Part shown: positions 1 through 15,967 of the stretch, piece by piece
How the letters are laid out: every line of letters begins with the position of its first letter
Numbering within the stretch: the first letter of the stretch is position 1
NCBI GenBank assembly: GCA_951406725.2
Contig: OX597823.1
Coordinates: 92,256,001 to 92,320,000, forward strand
Reading direction: 5' to 3'
DNA from: Octopus vulgaris
Lineage: Eukaryota
DNA: 64,000 bases
The notes under the pieces: model-generated
Seen by the model: the letters and a program-made list of their open reading frames with translations, nothing else
The model's database searches: none
What the model was told of the DNA's origin: nothing
Translations under genes and position numbers: made by a program

Positions 1-3000
1 TTTTAACAACTTTCCCTACCATTCAATAAACTCACTCGAGGGCAGCACTTATATCTCCACTCTAAATTTCCTCTTCAAGTAAAACTTGAAGAAGTCAATG
101 AAAGCTCTGCCAAAGAGGAATGTATCTGTCTTCATGCATTTCAGCCTTGCCCAGCAAATAGTCTCTTTCGCCACAGCCACCAGGCAAAGGAAACTGCCTT
201 GCCATCCCGATAGAAAGAAGGTGCCGATACGATCATCAGTACAGACTCGACCGACAGAGGGATCCATCCCACCCATGACAGCAGCTGTTCGACATAGCCA
301 CACAATTCAGCACTGACCGGACACTGAACGAGGGCGTGCAGAACGGTTTCATCGCTCTGCGTGCACCTCGGACAAGCCCGTCTGACAGCACATCCGTACC
401 TGTAGGATTTATCTCAAACAGGTAAGCGTCCCGCGGTAGCATTTCCAGGCCAAGATCTGGAAATTGTACATGATAGTTCCCAACCGGAAAGTCTTCCAGT
501 ACAGACTAGCCAGTTCATTCTCGTCAGTGCCCAGAGTTTTTCCGAGAATGTCGTCACACTTACCTGCCACTAATCCCCTAAAGCGGAGTACCCACCGATC
601 CCATTGCCCGACTGGTACAGGGCTGTGAGCGCCTGACGACATTCAAGGTGCCAGGCGCTTAGTCTCGATCTTTTCTTCACCCAGGATTGCAGCTCCGTCA
701 AGGAGACTAGTTGCGGAAAGACGAGCCTCAGAAACGGGGTCCACACACCCTCACCGTCCAGAAATCGTTGCGGGTGGCGTAACGTAATGGCGTGTCTGCG
801 CATTAGGTGCCACAGCATACCTACCCCGCCACTCACAGGATGCTGGTTACGAATTGGCCGCCTGATTATTGGAACGCATCCTTCTACAATTTAAAGGAGG
901 CGCTCCGACTTGGTCAAACGGTAACCGGGGCAAAGCACGACGGTAAGGCGATAAATGATAACTGAGGCGATGGAAGCATTCACCACATTAGTCCGATCTT
1001 TAGGCGACAGTTTCCTTTCAGCTCATTTCTGGGTAAGACTAGCCACCCTGGTCGCACCTCGTCCTATTTTTTTATCAACCTAGGGGTCGGTAGCAAACCA
1101 GATCCCGAGAAGTTTATCTGGTCCGTCGGTCCAGCGTCATCCGGTGGCATCGTCCTGCCTCTCCAGGAGCCCAACCACAAATCCACCGCTTTGTCGGCGT
1201 TGATTTTAGCCCCTACAACAGTCTCATTTTCCTTTAGGATTTTGCTGACCGTCCCCACTTGGGAGGTGCCCGACACCATGATGGTGGCGTCATCCGCGTA
1301 TGCCCACACCACTCTTCCATGTCCCTGTTCGAAAGGAGGACCCTCAATTGTTCCTACTTACACAGCTTCCGCTCGCCTGACAATACATACAGAAGAGGCG
1401 ACAGCGGGCAGCACTGACAGACCGAGCATGCGCTGCCAAACGGCTCCGTTAGGTGGCCGTCTTCTTTCACCACCGAACAGGTGTCACTGTGCATTGCAGC
1501 GACCCAGCCTCTGAAAACGTGTCCGAAACCGTCTGCTGTCGGGACGGCTTCCAAGTAGAGATGGTCGATCCTATCGAATGCTTTTGATTGATCCAAATTG
1601 ATTAGAGCACCCCCGAAGCCAGCTTTGGTCCCAGCCCTCTCTATGATATATCGCATAAGGTGAAGGTTGCTGTGGATAGACCTGTTCTAGACTGCACACG
1701 TTTGCGCTTCTCCGACCAGGCTACCGACGACAAACGCCAGCCTTTTCGTTAAAACCTTGGCCAAAATCTCAAACTCTGTCTTTAGCAGAGTTATGGGCAA
1801 AACATTTTCTAGTACGTCCCTATTGTCGGCGTATGCCTCCGCAGTGTCACCACACCTCTGCCAACAGCACTAGGAATTCTCCCGTTCTGCTGCCAGTTGC
1901 GGTAAACGTTTGCCAAGAGTTTGCCAATCAAATCTTGCATGAATACATAGAATATCGAGTAAACCGTCCAAACCGGGCAATCTGGGACTTGTTTGAGCGC
2001 ATGTGCGGTAGTTCTGACAACGCAACCTTCGTGTTTCGCTTTGAGGAAATTGTCAAGGGTCATTCTAACCTCTATCACAACGGTCGGAATGCCCTTTTTT
2101 AATCTCCTCTTTTAATTTGCTAACTAGTCTACTCTCTAATTTATTTCTATTGCGTAATCTTTGCTAAATGCCATCGATTCTGCTCTAATCGCCCTCTCCA
2201 GGGTAGCCCACCACCGGTTATTGACGATTGCCCCCATCAACTACCGCTTACCTAGTTCACTAACCCGGGCCATGTAATCTTTGTGTGCAGGAAAGGACTC
2301 GTCTAACTTCCAGCAACCGGGTCCCTGTGTACGGGTCCTATCTAGCTCAACTGTGCAGATCACAAACTTATGGTCTGTGTAACCGACCAACTTAAATTCA
2401 GAACAGCCTACACTATCCCTCTCCTCTGACCTAACAAAGATTCTATCTAGATACGATTTATATGATCAATTGCAGTTACTCGTGTTCATACTGGCACGTA
2501 AGAAAAATCCAGTCGGTACCTATCAGACAACTGGATGTCTCTGAGTAGGTTTTCGAGGCTTTTGCATCCCCTTCATCTGTGTACTAAACGCACACGGTCC
2601 TTCCGTGCGTCAAAAATCGCATTCCGGTCCTCTACTAGTACTAAACTGCGATACGTTCCCAGGAATATTCTAGACGCCTGAAGAATTCTGACCTTTCATC
2701 CCCTGTCGGGGCATAGACGAGCACCGGTCTAAAGGTACCACCTTCGCTGTCATTCACATCTAGGACCACCAACCTGCCACCCGGGTCCAAGAAGATTGCC
2801 TTTACTTCGAGATCTAAGGATTTGGGGAATAACACTGCTATCCCGCCAGCTGCTCCCGATAGACCGCATGCTAAGAATATATCATAGTCATGGAAAATGG
2901 TGGCTAGTGCTTGTGCACTAGAAATCCTTGTCTCGCTAATTGCAGCCACATGTACATCGAACGTCCTGAGATCGTTTAGCAAGTGACCTTGCTTCCAAGC

Positions 3001-3072
3001 TGAGCTCAGGCCACGAAGATCCACACATCCCACTCTGAAAACGATCTGAAAAACAAAATGGAAATTAGTCAC
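1..3072 (-). mobile_element. Degraded L1/Tx1-clade LINE ORF2 (APE endonuclease + reverse transcriptase), with many stops/frameshifts; runs off the window start
   Basis: Minus-strand peptides: APE (VAAISETR, GGIAVLF, GRLVVLDV, VYAPT, YLDRIFV, YTDH, GPGCWKLD); RT (LINLDQSKAFDRIDH, QCCPLSPLLY, AYADD, GAKINADK); post-RT RKLS-like segment. Confidence 0.9.
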
Positions 3073-3099
3073 TTAATTCGGATTTTGGGAGAGTCGGCT

Positions 3100-4700
3100 G
3101 ACTCAGCTGCCTCGTCCAACTCATTACCATTAATGAAGGGCCTTCCTAAATTCCAGCTTTAACCTAAGAGATCCAAAGTCTTTTTGGTTCTAGGAATGTT
3201 TGTATCAGTTTTATCAGCTGTCTGTCATGGGGTGCTTTCGACAGAAGTTTGTCGAACCTTACTCGTTTTGTATCAGCTTGCTGTTGCTCTTGCGAACGAC
3301 TATGATGTCGATGATGCATTCGGATTCTCTAGTAAGTTGTACGAGTTATTCTTGTGACTGTTGTTTCTCTTCGTGTATTTGATTCTGTTTTTGGTGATTT
3401 TTGTAGTTGTGGCCATGGTTGAATGAGTGTGCATTGCTTTTGTTGTTGGGTTTTGGATGGATGTGTCGGTGCTGTTGTTAGTGTAGCCTATGGATCACGT
3501 GAATTTTCCTCGTCCTGTCTTTTCACTTTCAGCTTAGGACCGCTTTTTCTTGAACTATTTTCCCGCTTTTCCCTAACACCAATCTTTCTTGAAGCATTCA
3601 ATTGCTCCTTGTCGCATGAAAAGGCTTCTGAACCGCCAATGTTGGCATCACTCGGTGTATCTGTGTCACCCGTCTTTAGGGATGGTCCTATGCTTATGTC
3701 ACTTCTGTGATGTAAGCATAGGACCATTCTAACCTCTACTCCAAGTTATTCTTCCTTGATCTTCCGGCCCCTTGGAATTCCTTCCCAGGATGTTTCTCTT
3801 CAGCTCACTTGCCACAATTCAAATGGAAATTCAGTTACATTAACTTCCTGAATCATGAAGTGCAAACATAAAACTCGAGTCTTCGAGAGACTTCTCCTTT
3901 GATTTCAATCTACCTGTTGTAGCGCTCCAGACACTTTGTGATGGCCCCATTGAATTCCCCCAAGTTGTAGGTATCTGGGTTCTATGTCACAGCCTCCGTC
4001 GCTTTCTCGTTCAGCTTGGAGAACAATCACAGCTCACAGGGACTTTATGGTTGGGAGTAGGTTGAGGTGGTGTTTTGATGCCTGTATCTGTCAAGTAGTT
4101 TGTTACCAAAATGGAATTTTGAAATGAAATTTTGGCTTGGTTTGGGTGCACCGGACTTTTGCGACGAAATCTATTCCTGAACTATCTAAAAACTTCCACA
4201 AAATTTCTTTGTTGAGTGTCTGGCGAGAGGAAACCCAATGGATGTAGGTGATGTCCTTGATATCGACAAAGAATATCACCATTAACTTCTCGTTCGATTT
4301 GCTTTGCCTTGCTTCTTGTGCCAGCGAAAAACAAATGCATGACTATACCGAAAGAGTGAGATATAGCCAATGGTCAAATGTCCTTTGGGTCACCTCTTCT
4401 CCTTCAACTTTCTAACACCCTCCTTAGAACCCTTTCTGGTCCTAATACGGCTAAGCAATACCCACAGTAATTGCCTTGTTCTTTTTTCTACAAGGGTGTT
4501 AGTTATTCTAGCCACAATAAAATGGTGACACTGGATGGTCACATCCGACAGGATCTGGAGCATTTCATAAGTTTTGTAGCCTTTTATCCCAGTTTAACAA
4601 AACTTTATCGCATAACGGGCTTCTAAATAGCTTCCCCGTTCGACTGTTACCGCAAGCAGTCGGCTGTGATGATCAGTCTTTAGTAAGGAGTGTTCAAAGT
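3100..4700 (-). mobile_element. Probable decayed ORF1/5' region of the same Tx1-like LINE
   Basis: Lies directly upstream of the APE domain on the same strand; basic low-complexity peptide (3488..3727) and a decayed C..G.....H knuckle-like segment near 3780-3830. Confidence 0.45.
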
Positions 4701-4749
4701 ACCGTTACAGCCAATATCAATCTGCAATGACAAAAGTTGGCAGGTTAGC

Positions 4750-5870
4750 TTATTTGATATCCAACAATGACACACTAAGATTACAATAGTCTAGAACGGT
4801 TATTTACTGCTTCTCCTAAGAATGTCTCAAAGCTTTCGGAACCTACCTCGTTTCCATTGTTAATGATATTTTATTTAGAGAATGAAAGTATCACACAGTC
4901 GAATTGGATAATAATTGTAAAAGCAATCGTTATTACGCTTGTGTTAAGTATTTGAATATTATGCAGTGTGGTGTTTCTATGTAACGATTTGGGTGTAAAT
5001 ATGCAAAGCTGCACATATCTACTCCTGGCGTAAACTACAGCACCGAAATATTGCATTCGGTATAAAGGAAAATGAATAATTTAGGAAAAATTACCAATTA
5101 ATAGCTCTGTGAGTCCAACATCGTAATGCTTATTGAGAAGCAATATATGTAGCTTGGCATTTGGATACAGCAAGAGAATTGTTATATTAAAATAACAGCA
5201 ATGCCTAAAGAAAAGCAAATGGAGACTGAGCAATATCAGAATAATGGTAGACGAATAAAGAAGAAAAATAAAAGGAAACATGAAACCATATAGGGAATGT
5301 TAGAAATTAATTATAGTGAAAAAGAAAACAGGTTTACTTAAGGGAAAAACAACAGAAACAGTGTTAAAAATACTCCACTTAATTACTAAATTTGTGACTG
5401 GAAAAATATGAGCATCGTAATGAAAATGAGATAATAAAATATCTCCCTGTAGCTGGTATCCTGTCGAACAGGACAGAACAGAAGTGAGCTAATTTAAAAG
5501 GGAACAATGACTTAAAAGCTTTGTACTGAAGACATAAAGGGGACACTATGAGTTTTACTGCAGCAGATGAATGAACAGACATAAAGGAATTAGCAAAATA
5601 AGGATTACAACAACTTTGGTCGATGTAATCAATATAAGAATCCATTGATCATATGATTTCTGGCTTTCGAATCCATACAAAGGAGAAAATATCAGCGGAT
5701 ATGATTTGATAGGCTGGCATAATCATTGAGTCGTATGTAGACATTAACACATCGACAATGAGCATACATTTGCGTAATGATATTCTAAATCGAATGCGTG
5801 TGTATGGACGGGTTGATATGGGAAAGGAAATCATTCTACTCAAATGCCATATAGAAGGATCTAATAAAGA
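4750..5870 (+). mobile_element. Old, heavily decayed R4/Dong-like RLE LINE fragment
   Basis: Remnant peptides KGDTMSFTAAD (cf. KAETEGFLIAAQD) and RCNQ..ESIDHMISG...YDLIG (cf. CRxC..ETxxHIISxC...RHD) at about 5530-5730. Confidence 0.55.
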
Positions 5871-5955
5871 TTATGCAGCTTGGGTATATATGTATGTATA
5901 TGAATATGTATGTATATGTGTGTATGTGTGTATGTGTGTGTGTGTGTGTGTGTAT

Positions 5956-6333
5956 TGTGGCACTCCGTCGGTCACGACGACGAGGGTTTCAGTTGATTCG
6001 ATCAACGGAATAGCCTGCTGATGAAATTAACGTGCAAGTGGCTGAGCACTCCAAAGACACGTGTACCTTTAGTGTAGTTCTCGGGGAGATTCAGAATGAC
6101 ACAGAACGTGACAAGGCTGGCCCTTTTGAAATATAGGTACAACAGAAAGAGGAAGAAAGAGTGAGAGAAAGTTGTGGTGAAAGAATACAGCAGGGTTCGC
6201 CACCACACTCTGCCGGAGCCTCGTGGAGCTTTAGATGTTTTGGTTCAATAAGCACTCACATCGGCCGGTCTGGGATCGAAACCGCGATCCTATTACCGCG
6301 AGTCCGCTACCCTAACCACTGGGCTATTGCGCC
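5956..6333 (-). mobile_element. tRNA-derived SINE family A, full length
   Basis: Minus strand starts GGCGCAATAGCCCAGTGGTTAGG (A box) then GGTTTCGATCCC (B box); body matches copies at 22741, 29647 and 53002. Confidence 0.85.
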
Positions 6334-6350
6334 TACACGCACACACAAAC

Positions 6351-6536
<186 letters not shown>

Positions 6537-6926
6537 CAGAAAAGGAAGTGGGAAACTGATTATTTGATTCTGTCCGAAAAATTTGTAATAGGAGGTTTAT
6601 CCGATGTGTACAGCATTTTGATTCCAATTAGGAAATGAAAAATATGCAATGGTGAATAAATGATATCCAAAATTGTCAAACTCCCTGTTTCGTCGTATAA
6701 TAAATCTCCGAACAATATTCCCAGATGTTTCAACACTAGGCTACACTTAACAACAATACAACAATGACAACTACACACTAAATTGTAACATTCGAATAAG
6801 CAGTTGCGTTTCAAGAAGATACACCATGGATTTTATCTCACCTACACGAATTATACACACACACATATATACATATATATATATATATTTATATATATAT
6901 AAATTTAAAGTATTAAATAGGTAATA

Positions 6927-7050
6927 GGCACCGGAGTAGCTCTGTGGTAAGTAGCTTGCTTACCACCCACATGGTTCCGGGTTGAGTCCTACTACGTGGC
7001 ACCTTGGCCAAGTGCCTTCTACTATAGCCACGGGCCGACCAAAGAGTCCC

Positions 7051-7131
<81 letters not shown>

Positions 7132-7333
7132 TTGTGTGTCTGTGTTTGTCCTCTTCACATCGCTTGACAACCGATGCTGGTGTGTTTACGTTCCCATAAT
7201 TTTGCGGTTCGGCAAATGAGACCGATAGAATAAGTACTAGACTTACAAAGCATAAGTCCTGGGGTCGATTTGCTCGACTAAAGGCGCTGCTCCCACATGG
7301 CTGCAAGCAAATGACTGAAACAAATAAAAGAAT
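6927..7333 (+). mobile_element. tRNA-derived SINE family B with internal (TA)n/(TG)n microsatellite
   Basis: Head TAGCTCTGTGGTAAG...GGTTGAGTCC, internal TA run, tail ...ATGACTGAAACAAATAAAAG; many other copies in the window. Confidence 0.85.
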
Positions 7334-7929
7334 GTCTCATAATAAAGCTACAAATTCCTATATTTTGGTTGGTCATTTAATTATCAAACTTGTGGGGATT
7401 GAGTAAATGAATGAAAATATATTTCTTCAGCTACATGAGGAATAAACATTTAACACAAAATCTTATTATCGCTCATACAGAGGAAGTGCGTTGACTTTTA
7501 GAGATAGCAACAGCAATGATTGCTTACTACGTGAGAGATACTGCTTTGTGTTTACAGCAAGCTATTGGCACGGCAACCTCTAGTCGGGCACCAACAGAAC
7601 TGGAAACAATCCTGTTATATTCGTGGTGACGGACGTTCCTGTCATCTATATGAAACATCTGTCGCAGCTGACTTCTCGAGTTGTCTTGCTGTCAAAAATG
7701 TGCAGCCAACGGCTTTTATACGGGACCGGAAGTAAAATTCTAGAATGTGCGTGAAAATGTCAACGCTGATTGGTTGGTTAATAGACCAACCATGTAAAAC
7801 AGTAATAGTTAGCTGAATAGTCCTATGGAACTGAGAATGGAGAATGAAGTAAACGGTAAATCAAAGCTATGCATATGTATATGATGCAATGTGGCAGGTG
7901 ATTTTCATTAGACATTCAATCGCACCTCG

Positions 7930-8770
7930 TACAAACATCTATAAAATAGGAATTTTGCTAGAACTGACAGTGCCATGGGAAGAGAACATCAGCAATGCAG
8001 AGGAACGGAAGGAGAAGAGGTACGAAAAACTAATCGAAGAGTGCAGAGAACAGGGATGGAATGTCGAGTATTACTACTTGGCAGTGGGGGCTAGGGGCTT
8101 CATTGAAAGAAAAATGACAAACTTATTCAAAAGAAGATTTGTTTTTTTCTAGCTCGGAGCTGCGAAAACTAATAAGGATAGTACAGGAGGCGGTCGAAAA
8201 CGCCAGCATTTATTAATGGCTGAAGTGGGAAGACCGAAAATGGCTTGAAAGTCATATCATGCCGGCGGAAAATAATATCACTAGATGAGACAAGCTGACA
8301 TTGAATTAGCTTCGCTGACTGACAGGTGAGGACCGGTTAGAGAATGCGTGGGCTAAGACTACGCGCTTTCATTGGTCAGTTAAAGTTGAGACAGTGTCAC
8401 GTGACAACTTGCTGGGGCTGCCTGCTGAAGCCTTGCGGCAGGTATTTGAAGAGAAAAAATTGACAAGTCAGTCATTCACCGGCTGACATTCGCTGACGAT
8501 ACATCGAAGAGGCCAGGGAACAGAAGAAAGAATAAGGAAGACATGCACCCAACACCAGAGCTGAAGACACCTCCGAAAGGAGGGGGGACGTCAAAACGGT
8601 AGAGGAGTAGGGGCCGAAACCGGACGTGGCTTCACCTGATGATGTCTTGAGCTAACTGGATCCTATAAAGGAGCTGTTGTGGTAGCAGACCACGAAACAC
8701 GGTTGAAATTGTCGCGTATCCACAGATTCAGCTTCCATTCCCCGCTATAGATCCCGAAAACAAGAAATAA
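7930..8770 (+). mobile_element. 5'-truncated HERO-like RLE non-LTR retrotransposon (endonuclease C-terminus + 3' UTR)
   Basis: ELTVPWEE..AEERKEKRYEKL..C..QGW....AVGARGF, followed after a frameshift by EAVENAS..WLKW..W, typical of HERO-clade C-termini. Confidence 0.75.
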
Positions 8771-9069
8771 GTCTGTATCGTAATAGTAACAGAAGACATT
8801 TGTCAATGTTACTGATGTAAGAGACCAATAATCTGCTGTTCATGACTCGAAATGTTGCGCTTCTTGTCTCGAGCTATATGTCTTTTCCAATTACAGTCAA
8901 AAATCACACAAGCTGCTCGGTAGACCCCTACATTTTGTAGATATTTGTACGAGGTGCGATTGAATGTCTAATGAAAATCACCTGCCACATTGCATCATAT
9001 ACGTATGCATAGCTTTGATTTACCGTTTACTTCATCTTCACCGTTTTGATATTGATGCGGCTCATTGTA

Positions 9070-9323
9070 AAATGATGATGACGACGACGGACGACGACGA
9101 TGACGACAACGATGATGATGATGATAATGATGATGAAGATGATGACGACGATGATAATAATAATAATAATTATAATAAAAGAATAATAATGAAAATGATA
9201 ATAATAATAATAATAATAATAGTAATAATGATATTAATAATGATAATAATGATAATAATGATAGTGATAATGATAGTGATAATGATAATAATAATCATAA
9301 TAATGATAATGGTAATAATAATG

Positions 9324-9417
<94 letters not shown>
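9070..9417. repeat. Compound (GAT/GAC)n-(AAT)n microsatellite
   Basis: Directly visible; it explains the poly-D/N/I N-terminus of ORF 8964..10235. Confidence 0.97.
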
Positions 9418-11814
<2,397 letters not shown>

Positions 11815-11815
<1 letters not shown>

Positions 11816-12080
11816 TTATGGTGTCCATTGCAACTGCTCATATTTTAGGAAAATTACTATGTAATTCCAAAAGCATATTAATCTCTAAATATATCAGAAG
11901 TACTATTAAATGTACTTAAGAGCAAACACCTTTTACTGTTATCTCAAGATCGCATTATCATCTTATCACCAAACCAATTTTAAAATGAACTTTTAATTTT
12001 CTTATATTTTGACAGACATTCTCTGGACAACACTTCGTACAAATCCAAAAACATGACAGTTATCAACCATACAAGTCATA
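11815..12080 (+). mobile_element. Very short 3' end of an R4/Dong-like LINE
   Basis: IATAHILGKLL at about 11825-11860 resembles the LGTAHILRRTL C-terminus; follows (AAT)n. Confidence 0.45.
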
Positions 12081-12169
12081 ATATTGACTTGAATTCAGAA
12101 CATGGCAACGGGCGAAATACTGCTAAAGCATTTCGTCCAGAGTGCTAATGATTCTCCCAGCTCGCCGTC

Positions 12170-12236
<67 letters not shown>

Positions 12237-12321
12237 TAATACTAATAATAACAACAACAACAACAACAAAAAATAATAATAACAATAATAATAATAATAA
12301 TATTAATAATAATAATAATAA

Positions 12322-12720
12322 TTTTTTCCATTGAGTCTACTTCCCATAAGTAACTTGGTCCTTCTAAAATGTTCTCGCCTAAAGAATGTTTTTCCATTTA
12401 ACTTTCCTTGTTTTTGTCCTATTCTAAACTCCCCAGATATTTATATCCACTTGCCTCAATATCCCTGAGTTTCTCGCCGTAAGGCGATATTACTTTGCTA
12501 CTTTGTATTATAAGCATAGCATTCTTTTTAGTGCTAAATTCCATTCCATCATCCTTACTGAATATCTTCTCTATTGAATCTAGGTTATTTATTTCCCGAT
12601 ATCTGCAATGCAGGAACTAGGTCATTTATTTCACGGTATTTACACTGTTGCTATTAGGCCATTTATTTCACGATATCTGTACTGTTTGACAGACTTGCTT
12701 GTCGCTGTTAGAATTAACAA
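12322..12720 (-). mobile_element. Inverted R4/Dong-like RT fragment
   Basis: Minus-strand IFSKDDGMEFSTKKNA and KYLGSLE match the FxxDIxMxFGxxKCA and KYLG motifs. Confidence 0.7.
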
Positions 12721-12739
12721 TATAATACTTACCGAAAAT

Positions 12740-13430
12740 GTGATGCACCCATAAGCATTTAATAAACAAGATGAAGAAGAAAGAGTAAACAACTGGAAAA
12801 TGTAACCACTGCACAGGAAATATCACAAAGAAATCAAAGGAAAAGACAAGATCAACAATTGGAAATGGATATGAAGAAGTGATCTGAAAGGATGCACTGG
12901 GGCAATGCTATGTAGCGCTCAAGAACAAGCTCTGATAACTAATTACACCAAGTTTCAAATAGATAAGAGTAGCTAATCGCCCTTTGTAGGATGTGTGGCA
13001 GAGGAAACGAAACACTCTCACATATTGAAAGTGAGTGTATCAAGCTGTCCCCAAAGCACGACAAAAGGAAACACGATAACGTGGCTAAGGTCGTCCACTT
13101 GAGGCTACGTGCAAAGTACGGCCTGAACAGAGAACGGAACTGTTACGAACATGGACCAGGAGGAGTCATTGAGAACAAGGAACATAAGACACTGTGGGAT
13201 TTTACAATCCAATGTGACTCCCTAATCGAAGTTCGGAGATCAGATAATATTGTGGTAGATAAAGGAAAAAAAGAAACGAAGTTCATAGATATTGCAACAC
13301 CTGAAGATGCACGCATTGGTGACAAAGAAAATATTGAAAAATACAGACTACTAAAAGACGAAATTGCAATAATTTACCTGAAAAAACAAAACAAAAAAAC
13401 AAAAAAAACAAAGCGGAATGTTCTGAGAAG
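12740..13430 (+). mobile_element. R4/Dong-like C-terminal fragment (zinc knuckle + RLE)
   Basis: CRMCGRGNETLSHIESEC, KHDNVAK, LWDFTIQCD, IDIATP, EKYRLL; ends at (AAT)n. Confidence 0.85.
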
Positions 13431-13859
13431 TAAAATAATAATAATAATAATAATAATAATTTCGATATAGGATGTATTATCCATAGGGATAATACATCAC
13501 AAGGGGTAATACAGATCAAAACGATTAGTACAACTATAAAGATAGAACGCCAACAAAAATCATTTTGTTGGGGAATTTAATTTACAGATGGAATATTTCC
13601 TTTAGAGATAAATGTTTTATCAGTCTCAATAGTATAAAAGACTAAGTTGACCACGGCAGGATTTGAACTCAGAACGTCAGGTGTCGGAAGAAATTATTTA
13701 AAAAATATATAATGACGAATGATGAAGAGACACCTCAAAACGACGAGTTCGGTGTGAGTGAACAGAGCAGAAGGGAGCAAAACTGAACGGAGGAAATGGC
13801 ATAAAATCTTCCTATAAATGCAAATACGAAAAGATTCTTTTTAGGTCAGTCACAAAGAA

Positions 13860-14460
13860 ATTATCAAAATAACAGTGATATAAACCACAATCGATGTGAT
13901 CAATAGAAGATAACATTGACCATATTTTTTTTTGTTCGGTTTTCCTGTGCATTCAAAGAAGAAAATAGCCTGATGTGATATGATAGGTAGCAATAACGAT
14001 CGTATAGTGTTCAATCAGTTATGTATCAAAACTGAAACTGAATTCAATGAGAATATTTCCCGTCGTTATAATAACGATGTCCTAGAGGAAGCTGATGCGA
14101 ACAAATACGGAGATCAAATCAATCCGACTCGATAAAATTATGAAATTCAGAAATGAAAGCTTATGCAAGCTAATAGACTGTTATATTCTCTATAACCAAT
14201 ATATCAACCGGAAAGTTATAAAATTATATCGAAGTTCTCGATATGGAAATATGTACGATGGGGACATGATAATGAAAAAGGGGTAGTCATATCATTTGAT
14301 GTATTGTGTAGGAGAAAGAGTAGCATGAACCAAATTATAAAGATTATTATGAAGCAAATTGGATACAAAATGCTAAAATATCCCACGCTCGGGAAAGACA
14401 TCGGAAAACAGCAAAGAATAACTTGTGGTGTCGTAGAAAATTATATGAAAACATATTGCA
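13860..14460 (+). mobile_element. Decayed R4/Dong-like RLE fragment
   Basis: MRTNTEIKSIRLDKIMK...CKLIDCYI aligns by eye to IHTDREIKANRPDIVV...CFLIDVSI. Confidence 0.55.
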
Positions 14461-14519
14461 AATGCAGAATAATATAAATAATTAATGATAATAATTTTGG
14501 TACAAAAGAACATTCAGAA

Positions 14520-15110
14520 CCAGAGATAAGGAAAACATGATGGTCCTCTGGCGGACATTCGTCCTCAGCCGCCTGGATTACTGCTCATAGCTATGGTCAC
14601 CCACCAGTGTGTGAAATTAACAGCGGACCTTAAAGCAATCCAGAGAAAATTCACAAAGAAGATCGTCTCTTTGCAACAGCTCAGCTACTGGGAAAGGTTG
14701 AAACAGCTAAGACTGTACTCCCAGGAGAGAAAACGGGAGAGGTATGCAGTAATATATATATGGAAGATCCTGGAAAGAATTGTGCCAAATTTTGGTATTG
14801 AAAGCTACACCAGAGCCAGAACGGGACGACACTGCATAGTGCCAAAGGTCCCAGCAATGCCATACGCTTCAGGACCAGTTACTGCAACAGCCTGGGTTTC
14901 AAGGGCTCATAGCTTTTTAATATTCTCCCAAAGAGTCTGAGAAACTTGCACAAAGTAGATGTAGGGTTTTTTAAATTAAAGCTGGACCTCTTCCTGTCGA
15001 GAGCCCCAGATGAACCTACCTCACGGAAAGAGGTGCAAATGAGGGTAGCTATATTAAACTCCATTCTTCACCAAATGCCCCATATTACAGGAGGCTCTTA
15101 GTAATAACAG
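14520..15110 (+). mobile_element. CR1/L2-group LINE 3' fragment
   Basis: RLDYCS.LWSP, LKAIQRKFTK, LSYWERLKQLRLYSQERKRERY. Confidence 0.8.
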
Positions 15111-15169
15111 TGTAGCAAAACTGTGGTGCATCAGCATGGCCGCAGCTCTGAGCTGAAATTAAAAGAGAG

Positions 15170-15385
15170 AAAAATGCCAAGGCCAGCAATAGCAATTTCG
15201 TGGATGTGGGCTAAGTCAGTTGCATCGATCCCAGTGTTCCACTTATCTTATGATACTTATTTTATCGAATCGGATTAGATGAAGAGCAAAGTCAACCTCG
15301 GTGGAAGCTGAAATAAGAACGTAAAGACAGACAGAATACCTCTAAGCCTTTTGTCCGACCTGCTGGCGATTCTGTCAGCTCACCA
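15170..15385 (-). mobile_element. Diverged SINE family C copy
   Basis: Reverse complement matches GAGCTGxCAGAATCG...CGAGGTTGACTTTGC...CGATAAAATAAGTA. Confidence 0.65.
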
Positions 15386-15394
15386 ATTCCAGCT

Positions 15395-15700
15395 AATAAC
15401 GAAGTCGATTCTAAAGTTGATACTCAGGAGTTGACCAGAGAGCTGAAGAGATTGTAAAAGACTAAGACAACAATGAATTCTACGGTAAATGGTGCAATTA
15501 CAACAGCAGCCGAACTTAGAGACCGAACTGAGACATGCGTTATCGACCTGTAGAAAATACCATCCTGTATTATTAATGAATCCTGCGAACGACTGGAATG
15601 TGAGGAGAGCTATTGTGACCTCTCCTCTAAGCCTTCATTCAGAGACTAGTTTCTGAGTCTTTGCTCAGAAACATAAGGACACAGGAAATGTGTCAAGGCC
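15395..15700 (+). mobile_element. Decayed R4-like 3' end
   Basis: ELTRELKRL*KTKTTMNSTVNGAIT resembles ELKRLW.....PIVIGALG. Confidence 0.45.
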
Positions 15701-15967
15701 GACAGGAAGCGTTGCTCCTTCCTAGGGTTAAATAACAGTAGTATGATTCCCTTTATGGCGCTGTCACATTAAGTTGACAGTAAACAACTACGTTATCGTA
15801 CCACTAATGCATAATTCTCTCTGAAATATTTAGAAATGTATTATTTCTATTTACTACAAATAAAACAAACCAAGAATCTTTAATTTTTATTCCCCATTTC
15901 CTTTTATTGACTTTTGAATTGTATATATATGTATGTATATATATGTATATATATGTATGCATATATA

